Of a stretch of 64,000 bases of DNA, positions 54,401 to 64,000 are shown in pieces. Numbering within the stretch: position 1 is the stretch's first letter; every line of letters begins with the position of its first letter. Source of the stretch: Eledone cirrhosa. Lineage: Eukaryota. The stretch spans positions 15,996,001-16,060,000 of the forward strand of contig OZ024766.1 of assembly GCA_964016885.1 (NCBI GenBank), read 5' to 3'. Made by a program: the position numbers and the translations under genes. The notes under the pieces were generated by a model. The model was not told the DNA's origin. It saw only the letters and a program-made list of their open reading frames with translations, and ran no database searches.

Positions 54401-57400
54401 CGTACAGGAGTCCATGGCTGTCTTATTTAACTGGCTACTCCAGTGACTGCTCCTGCTAGTCTCTTCTTCCAATGTCAGTTGTCGTACAGGAGTCCATGGC
54501 TGTCTTATTTAAATGGCTACTCCAGTGACTGCTCCTTCTCGTCTCTCTTTCCAATATCAGTTGTCGTACAGGAGTCCATGGCTGTCTTATTTAACTGGCT
54601 ACTCCAGTGACTGCTCCTGCTAGTCTCTTCTTCCAATGTCAGTTGTCGTACAGGAGTCCATGGCTGTCTTATTTAACTGGCTACTCCAGTGACTGCTCCT
54701 GCTAGTCTCTTCTTCCAATGTCAGTTGTCGTACAGGAGTCCATGGCTGTCTTATTTAACTGGCTACTCCAGTGACTGCTCCTTCTCGTCTCTCTTTCCAA
54801 TATCAGTTGTCGTACAGGTGTCCATGACTGTCTTATTTAACTGGATACTCCAGTGATTGCCCCATCTAGTCTCTTCTTCCAATGTCAGCTGACATACAGG
54901 TGTCCATGGCTGTCTTATTTAACTGGCTACTCCAGTGACTGCTCCCTCTAATCCCTTCTTCCAATGTCAGTTGTCATACAGGAGTCCATGACTGTCTTAT
55001 TTAACTGGCTACTCCAGTGACTGCTCCTTCTAGTCCATTCTTCCAATGTCAGTTGTCATACAGGTGTCCATAGCTGTCTTATTTAACTGGCTACTCCAGT
55101 GACTGCTCCTTCTAGTCCCTTCTTCCAATGTCAGTTGTCATACAGGAGTCCATGGCTGTCTTATTTAACTGGCTACTCCAGTGACTGCTCCTTCTAGTCT
55201 CTTCTTCCAATGTCAGTTGTCATACAGGTGTCCATGGCTGACTTATTTAACTGGCTACTCCAGTGATTGCCCCTTCTAGTCTCTTCTTCCAATGTCAGTT
55301 GTCATACAGGTGTCCATGGCTGTCTTATTTAACTGGCTACTCAAGTGACTGCTCCTTCTAGTCCATTCTTCCAATGTCAGTTGTCATACAGGAGTCCATG
55401 GCTGTCTTATTTAACTGGCTACTCAAGTGACTGCTCCTTCTAGTCCATTCTTCCAATGTCAGTTGTCATACAGGAGTCCATGGTTGTCTTATTTAACTGG
55501 CTACTCCAGTGATTGCCCCTTCTAGTCTCTTCTTCCAATGTCAGTTGTCATACAGGTGTCCATGGCTGTCTTATTTAACTGGCTACTCAAGTGACTGCTC
55601 CTTCTAGTCCATTCTTCCAATGTCAGTTGTCATACAGGAGTCCATGGCTGTCTTATTTAACTGGCTACTCAAGTGACTGCTCCTTCTAGTCCATTCTTCC
55701 AATGTCAGTTGTCATACAGGAGTCCATGGTTGTCTTATTTAACTGGCTACTCAAGTGACTGCTCCTTCTAGTCCATTCTTCCAATGTCAGTTGTCATACA
55801 GGAGTTCATGGCTGTCTTATTTAACTGGCTACTCCAGTGACTGCTCCTTTTAGTCCCTTCTTCCAATGTCAGTTGTCATACAGGTGTCCATGGCTGTCTT
55901 ATTTAACTGGCTACTCCAGTGACTGCTCCTTCTAGTCTCTTCTTCCAATGTCAGTTGTCATACAGGTGTCCATGGCTGTCTTATTTAACTAGCTACTCCA
56001 GTGACTGCTCCTTCTAGTCCCTTCTTCCAATGTCAGTTGTCATACAGGTGTCCATGGCTGACTTATTTAACTGGCTGCTCCAGTGACTGCTCCTTCTAGT
56101 CCCTTCTTCCAATGTCAGTTGTCATACAGGTGTCCATGGCTGTCTTATTTAACTGGCTACTCCAGTGACTGCTCCTTCTAGTCCCTTCTTCCAACGTTAG
56201 TTGTCATACAGGTGTCCATGGCTGTCTTATTTAACTGGCTATTCCAGTGACTGCTCCTTCTAGTCCCTTCTTCCAATGTCAGTTGTCATAAAGGTGTCCA
56301 TGGCTGTCTTATTTAACTGGCTACTCCAGTGACTGCTCCTTCTAGTCCCTTCTTCCAATGTCAGTTGTCATACAGGTGTCCATGGCTGTCTTATTTAACT
56401 GGCTATTCCAGTGACTGCTCCCTCTAGTCCCTTCTTCCAATGTCAGTTGTCATACAGGTGTCCATGGCTGTCTTATTTAACTGGCTACTCCAGTGACTGC
56501 TCCTTCTAGTCTCTTCTTCCAATGTCAGTTGTCATACAGGTGTCCATGGCTGACTTATTTAACTGGCTACTCCAGTGACTGCCCCTTCTAGTCTCTTCTT
56601 CCAATGTCAGTTGTCATACAGGTGTCCATGGCTGTCTTATTTAACTGGCTACTTCAGTGACTGCTCCTTCTAGTCTCTTCTTCCAATGCCAGTTGTCATA
56701 CAGGTGTCTATGGCTCTCTTATTTAACTGGCTACTCCAGTGACTGCTCCTTCTAGTCCCTTCTTCCAATGTCAGTTATCATACAGGAGTCCATGGCTGTC
56801 TTATTTAACTGGCTACTCCAGTGACTGCTCCATCTAGTCCCTTCTTCCAATGTCAGTTGTCATACAGGTGTCCATGGCTGTCTTATTTAACTGACTACTC
56901 CAGTGACTGCCCCTTCTAGTCCCTTCTTCCAATGTCAGTTGTCATACAGGAGTCCATGGCTGTCTTATTTAACTAGCTACTCCAGTGACTTCTCCTTCTA
57001 GTCCCTTCTTCCAATGTCAATTGTCATACAGGTGTCCATGGCTGTCTTATTTAACTAGCTACTCCAGTGACTGCTCCTTCTAGTCTCTTCTTCCAATGTC
57101 AGTTGTCATACAGGTGTCCATGGCTGTCTTATTTATCTGGCTACTCCAGTGACTGCCCCTTCTAGTCCCTTCTTCCAATGTCAGTTGTCATACAGGTGTC
57201 CATGGCTGACTTATTTAACTGGCTACTCCAGTGATTTCCCCTTCTAGTCACTTCTTCCAATGTCAGTTGTCATACAGGAGTCCATGACTGTCTTATTTAA
57301 CTGGCTACTCCAGTGACTGCTCCTTCTAGTCTCTTTATCCAACGTCAGTTGTCATACAGGAGTCCATGGCTGTCTTATTTAACTGGCTGCTCCGTTGACT

Positions 57401-60400
57401 GCTCCTTCTAGTCCCTTCTTCCAATGTCAGTTGTCATACAGGTGTCCATGGCTGTCTTATTTAATTGGCTACTCCAGTGACTGCTCCTTCTAATCCCTTC
57501 TTCCAATGTCAGTTCTCATACAGGTGTCAATGGCTGTTATTTAACTGGCTACTCCAGTGACTGCTCCTTCTATTCCCTTCTTCCAAAGGCAGTTGTCATA
57601 CAGGTGTCCAAAGCTGTCTTATTTAACTGGCTACTCCAGTGACTGCCCCTTCTAGTCCCTTCTTCCAATGTCAGTTGTCATACAGGTGTCCATGGCTGTC
57701 TTATTTAACTGGCTACTCCAGTGTCTTCTCCTTCTAGTCCCTTCTTCCAATGTCAGTTGTCATACAGGTGTGCATGGCTGTCATATAAAACTAGCTACTC
57801 CAGTGACTGCCCCTTCTAGTCCCTTCTTCCAATGTCAGTTGTCATACAGGTGTCCATGGCTGTCTTATTTAACTGGCCACGCCAGTGACTGCTCCCTCTA
57901 GTCCCTTCTTCCAATGTCAGTTGTCATACAGGAGTCCATGGCTGTCTTATTTAACTGGCTACTCCAGTGACTGCTCCTTCTAGTCCCTTCTTCCAATGTC
58001 AGTTGACATACAGAAGTCCATGGCTGTCTTATTTAACTGGCTACTCCAGTGACTGCTCCTTCTAGTCTCTTTTTCCAATGTCAGTTGTCATACAGGTGTC
58101 CATGGCTATCTTATTTAACTGGCTACTCCAGTGATTGCCCCATCTAGTCTCTTCTTCCAACGTCAGTTGTCATACAGGAGTCCATGGCTGTCTTATTTAA
58201 CTGGCTACTCCAGTGACTGCTCCTTCTAGTCCCTTCTTCCAATGTCAGTTGACATACAGAAGTCCATGGCTGTCTTATTTAACTGGCTACTCCAGTGACT
58301 GCTCCTTCTAGTCCCTTTTTCCAATGTCAGTTGTCATACAGGTTTCCATGGCTATCTTATTTAACTGGCTACTCCAGTGACTGTTCCTTCTAGTCCCTTC
58401 TTCCAATGTCAGTTGACATACAGAAGTCCATGGCTGTCTTATTTAACTGGCTACTCCGGTGACTGCTCCTTCTAGTCTCTTTTTCCAATGTCAGTTGTCA
58501 TACAGGAGTCCATGGCTGTCTTATTTAATTGGCTACTCCAGTGACTGCTCCTTCTAGTCTCTTCTTCCAATGTCAGTTGTCATACAGGTGTCCATGGCTG
58601 TCTTATTTAACTGGCTACTCCAGTGACTGCTCCTTCTAGTCTCTTCTTCCAATGTCAGTTGTCATACAGGTGTCCATGGCTGTCTTATTTAACTGGTTAC
58701 TCCAGTGACTGCCCCTTCTAGTCTCTTCTTCCAATGTCAGTTGTCATACAGGTGTCCATGGCTGTCTTATTTAACTGGCTACTCCAGTGACTGCTCCTTC
58801 TAGTCTCTTCTTCCAATGTCAGTTGTCATACAGGTGTCCATGGCTGACTTATTTAACTGGCTACTCCAGTGACTGCTCCTGCTAGTCTCTTCTTCCAATG
58901 TCAGTTGACATACAGGAGTCCATGGCTATCTTATTTAACTGGCTACTCCAGTGATTGCCCCATCTAGTCTCTTCTTCCAATGTCAGTTGTCATACAGGAG
59001 TACATGGCTGTCTTATTTAACTGGCTACTCCAGTGACTGCTCCTTCTATTCCCTTCTTCCAATGTTTTTTGTCATACAGGTGTCCATGGCTGTCTTATTT
59101 AACTGGCTACTACAGTGACTGCTCCTTCTAGTCCCTTCTTCCAATGTCACTTGTCATACAGGTGTCCATGGCTGTCTTATTTAACTGGCTACTCCAGTGA
59201 CTGCTCCTAGTCTCTCCTTCCAATGTCAGTTGTCATACAGGAGTCCATGGCTGTCTTATTTAACTGGCTACTCCAGTGACTGCTCCTTCCAGTCTCTTCT
59301 TCCAATGTTAGTTGTCATACAGGAGTCCATGGCTGTCTTATTTAACTGGCTACTCCAGGACTGCTCCTTCTAGTCCCTTCATCCAATGTCAGTTGTCATA
59401 CAGGAGTCCATGGCTGTCTTATTTAACTGGCTACTCCAGTGACTGCTCCTTCTAGTCCCTTCTTCCAATCTCAGTTGTCATACAGAAGTCCATGGCTGTC
59501 TTATTTAACTGGCTACTCCAGTGACTGCTCCTTCTAGTCCCTTCTTCCAATGTCAGTTGTCATACAGGTGTCCATGGCTGTCTTATTTAACTGGCTACTC
59601 CAGTGACTGTTCATTCTAGTCTCTTCTTCCAATGTCAGTTGTCATACAGGAGTCCATGGCTGTCTTATTTAACTGGCTACTCCAGTGACTGTTCATTCTA
59701 GTCTCTTCTTCCAATGTCAGTTGTCATACAGGTGTCCATGGCTGTCTTATTTAACTGGCCACTCCAGTGACTGCTCCCTCTAGTCCCTTCTTCCAATGTC
59801 AGTTGTTATACACGAGTCCACGGCTGTCTTATTTAACTGGCTACTCCAGTGACTGCTCCTTCTCGTCTATCTTTCCAATAGCAGTTGTCGTACAGGAGTC
59901 CATGGCTGTCTTATTTAACTGGCTACTCCAGTGACTGCTCCTGCTAGTCTCTTCTTCCAATGTCAGTTGTCGTACAGGAGTCCATGGCTGTCTTATTTAA
60001 CTGGCTACTCCAGTGACTGCTCCTGCTAGTCTCTTCTTCCAATGTCAGTTGTCGTACAGGAGTCCATGGCTGTCTTATTTAAATGGCTACTCCAGTGACT
60101 GCTCCTTCTCGTCTCTCTTTCCAATATCAGTTGTCGTACAGGAGTCCATGGCTGTCTTATTTAACTGGCTACTCCAGTGACTGCTCCTGCTAGTCTCTTC
60201 TTCCAATGTCAGTTGTCGTACAGGAGTCCATGGCTGTCTTATTTAACTGGCTACTCCAGTGACTGCTCCTGCTAGTCTCTTCTTCCAATGTCAGTTGTCG
60301 TACAGGAGTCCATGGCTGTCTTATTTAACTGGCTACTCCAGTGACTGCTCCTTCTCGTCTCTCTTTCCAATATCAGTTGTCGTACAGGTGTCCATGACTG

Positions 60401-63400
60401 TCTTATTTAACTGGATACTCCAGTGATTGCCCCATCTAGTCTCTTCTTCCAATGTCAGCTGACATACATGTGTCCATGGCTGTCTTATTTAACTGGCTAC
60501 TCCAGTGACTGCTCCCTCTAATCCCTTCTTCCAATGTCAGTTGTCATACAGGAGTCCATGACTGTCTTATTTAACTGGCTACTCCAGTGACTGCTCCTTC
60601 TAGTCCATTCTTCCAATGTCAGTTGTCATACAGGTGTCCATAGCTGTCTTATTTAACTGGCTACTCCAGTGACTGCTCCTTCTAGTCCCTTCTTCCAATG
60701 TCAGTTGTCATACAGGAGTCCATGGCTGTCTTATTTAACTGGCTACTCCAGTGACTGCTCCTTCTAGTCTCTTCTTCCAATGTCAGTTGTCATACAGGTG
60801 TCCATGGCTGACTTATTTAACTGGCTACTCCAGTGATTGCCCCTTCTAGTCTCTTCTTCCAATGTCAGTTGTCATACAGGTGTCCATGGCTGTCTTATTT
60901 AACTGGCTACTCAAGTGACTGCTCCTTCTAGTCCATTCTTCCAATGTCAGTTGTCATACAGGAGTCCATGGCTGTCTTATTTAACTGGCTACTCAAGTGA
61001 CTGCTCCTTCTAGTCCATTCTTCCAATGTCAGTTGTCATACAGGAGTCCATGGTTGTCTTATTTAACTGGCTACTCCAGTGATTGCCCCTTCTAGTCTCT
61101 TCTTCCAATGTCAGTTGTCATACAGGTGTCCATGGCTGTCTTATTTAACTGGCTACTCAAGTGACTGCTCCTTCTAGTCCATTCTTCCAATGTCAGTTGT
61201 CATACAGGAGTCCATGGCTGTCTTATTTAACTGGCTACTCAAGTGACTGCTCCTTCTAGTCCATTCTTCCAATGTCAGTTGTCATACAGGAGTCCATGGT
61301 TGTCTTATTTAACTGGCTACTCAAGTGACTGCTCCTTCTAGTCCATTCTTCCAATGTCAGTTGTCATACAGGAGTTCATGGCTGTCTTATTTAACTGGCT
61401 ACTCCAGTGACTGCTCCTTTTAGTCCCTTCTTCCAATGTCAGTTGTCATACAGGTGTCCATGGCTGTCTTATTTAACTGGCTACTCCAGTGACTGCTCCT
61501 TCTAGTCTCTTCTTCCAATGTCAGTTGTCATACAGGTGTCCATGGCTGTCTTATTTAACTAGCTACTCCAGTGACTGCTCCTTCTAGTCCCTTCTTCCAA
61601 TGTCAGTTGTCATACAGGTGTCCATGGCTGACTTATTTAACTGGCTGCTCCAGTGACTGCTCCTTCTAGTCCCTTCTTCCAATGTCAGTTGTCATACAGG
61701 TGTCCATGGCTGTCTTATTTAACTGGCTACTCCAGTGACTGCTCCTTCTAGTCCCTTCTTCCAACGTTAGTTGTCATACAGGTGTCCATGGCTGTCTTAT
61801 TTAACTGGCTATTCCAGTGACTGCTCCTTCTAGTCCCTTCTTCCAATGTCAGTTGTCATAAAGGTGTCCATGGCTGTCTTATTTAACTGGCTTCTCCAGT
61901 GACTGCTCCTTCTAGTCCCTTCTTCCAATGTCAGTTGTCATACAGGTGTCCATGGCTGTCTTATTTAACTGGCTATTCCAGTGACTGCTCCCTCTAGTCC
62001 CTTCTTCCAATGTCAGTTGTCATACAGGTGTCCATGGCTGTCTTATTTAACTGGCTACTCCAGTGACTGCTCCTTCTAGTCTCTTCTTCCAATGTCAGTT
62101 GTCATACAGGTGTCCATGGCTGACTTATTTAACTGGCTACTCCAGTGACTGCCCCTTCTAGTCTCTTCTTCCAATGTCAGTTGTCATACAGGTGTCCATG
62201 GCTGTCTTATTTAACTGGCTACTTCAGTGACTGCTCCTTCTAGTCTCTTCTTCCAATGCCAGTTGTCATACAGGTGTCTATGGCTCTCTTATTTAACTGG
62301 CTACTCCAGTGACTGCTCCTTCTAGTCCCTTCTTCCAATGTCAGTTATCATACAGGAGTCCATGGCTGTCTTATTTAACTGGCTACTCCAGTGACTGCTC
62401 CATCTAGTCCCTTCTTCCAATGTCAGTTGTCATACAGGTGTCCATGGCTGTCTTATTTAACTGACTACTCCAGTGACTGCCCCTTCTAGTCCCTTCTTCC
62501 AATGTCAGTTGTCATACAGGAGTCCATGGCTGTCTTATTTAACTAGCTACTCCAGTGACTGCTCCTTCTAATCCCTTCTTCCAATGTCAATTGTCATACA
62601 GGTGTCCATGGCTGTCTTATTTAACTAGCTACTCCAGTGACTGCTCCTTCTAGTCTCTTCTTCCAATGTCAGTTGTCATACAGGTGTCCATGGCTGTCTT
62701 ATTTATCTGGCTACTCCAGTGACTGCCCCTTCTAGTCCCTTCTTCCAATGTCAGTTGTCATACAGGTGTCCATGGCTGACTTATTTAACTGGCTACTCCA
62801 GTGATTTCCCCTTCTAGTCACTTCTTCCAATGTCAGTTGTCATACAGGAGTCCATGACTGTCTTATTTAACTGGCTACTCCAGTGACTGCTCCTTCTAGT
62901 CTCTTTATCCAACGTCAGTTGTCATACAGGAGTCCATGGCTGTCTTATTTAACTGGCTGCTCCGTTGACTGCTCCTTCTAGTCCCTTCTTCCAATGTCAG
63001 TTGTCATACAGGTGTCCATGGCTGTCTTATTTAATTGGCTACTCCAGTGACTGCTCCTTCTAATCCCTTCTTCCAATGTCAGTTCTCATACAGGTGTCAA
63101 TGGCTGTTATTTAACTGGCTACTCCAGTGACTGCTCCTTCTATTCCCTTCTTCCAAAGGCAGTTGTCATACAGGTGTCCAAAGCTGTCTTATTTAACTGG
63201 CTACTCCAGTGACTGCCCCTTCTAGTCCCTTCTTCCAATGTCAGTTGTCATACAGGTGTCCATGGCTGTCTTATTTAACTGGCTACTCCAGTGTCTTCTC
63301 CTTCTAGTCCCTTCTTCCAATGTCAGTTGTCATACAGGTGTGCATGGCTGTCATATAAAACTAGCTACTCCAGTGACTGGCCCTTCTAGTCCCTTCTTCC

Positions 63401-64000
63401 AATGTCAGTTGTCATACAGGTGTCCATGGCTGTCTTATTTAACTGGCCACGCCAGTGACTGCTCCCTCTAGTCCCTTCTTCCAATGTCAGTTGTCATACA
63501 GGAGTCCATGGCTGTCTTATTTAACTGGCTACTCCAGTGACTGCTCCTTCTAGTCCCTTCTTCCAATGTCAGTTGACATACAGAAGTCCATGGCTGTCTT
63601 ATTTAACTGGCTACTCCAGTGACTGCTCCTTCTAGTCTCTTTTTCCAATGTCAGTTGTCATACAGGTGTCCATGGCTATCTTATTTAACTGGCTACTCCA
63701 GTGATTGCCCCATCTAGTCTCTTCTTCCAACGTCAGTTGTCATACAGGAGTCCATGGCTGTCTTATTTAACTGGCTACTCCAGTGACTGCTCCTTCTAGT
63801 CCCTTCTTCCAATGTCAGTTGACATACAGAAGTCCATGGCTGTCTTATTTAACTGGCTACTCCAGTGACTGCTCCTTCTAGTCCCTTTTTCCAATGTCAG
63901 TTGTCATACAGGTTTCCATGGCTATCTTATTTAACTGGCTACTCCAGTGACTGTTCCTTCTAGTCCCTTCTTCCAATGTCAGTTGACATACAGAAGTCCA
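51464..64000. repeat. 82-bp satellite array 6 (>150 monomers, runs off window) with nested higher-order repeats
   Basis: Same monomer. The variant tactccagGA recurs at 52231, 53788 and 59358 (spacings 1557 and 5570). Confidence 0.97.

Noticed and set aside
57668-57901. ORFs within the satellite (also 63238-63471, 44493-44923, 4869-5051)
   Set aside because: They are chance openings from monomer variants; the 82-bp period shifts the frame every monomer.
51464-64000. Centromeric or nucleosome-phasing role (2 x 82 = 164 bp)
   Set aside because: This is a numerical coincidence only. Nothing in the sequence tests it, and the monomer length is explained by the duplicated Helitron segment.

Overview
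This window is eukaryotic, AT-rich DNA, most likely from a coleoid cephalopod (Octopus-like; inferred from the ZNF style and the SINE/RTE families). It is a tandem segmental-duplication array of about six copies of a ~7-8.5 kb cassette. Each cassette contains, in order: (1) a poly-C2H2 zinc-finger gene whose CDS lies in one exon, with a 33-aa leader, no KRAB/SCAN/BTB/ZAD domain and 9-24 fingers built from an 84-bp minisatellite-like unit; (2) a tail of dead fingers; (3) two fold-back palindromes flanked by (TA)n; (4) SINE/RTE relics; (5) a minus-strand Helitron RepHel fragment; (6) a putative non-coding first exon and ~1.7-2 kb intron of the next gene. An 82-bp satellite sits inside the Helitron fragment, from ~3 to >150 copies per cassette, with higher-order repeats of 20, 19 and ~68 monomers. 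The main observation is that the satellite monomer is itself a 27-codon+1-nt piece of the Helitron ORF (HGLLYDN*HW...IRQ), amplified in place. The paralogues reshuffle a shared set of finger cassettes. One copy has a single in-frame TGA, one has a recent 9-finger duplication, and the last cassette carries a young 5'-truncated RTE insertion. All calls are by eye; boundaries are approximate to a few bases unless stated.
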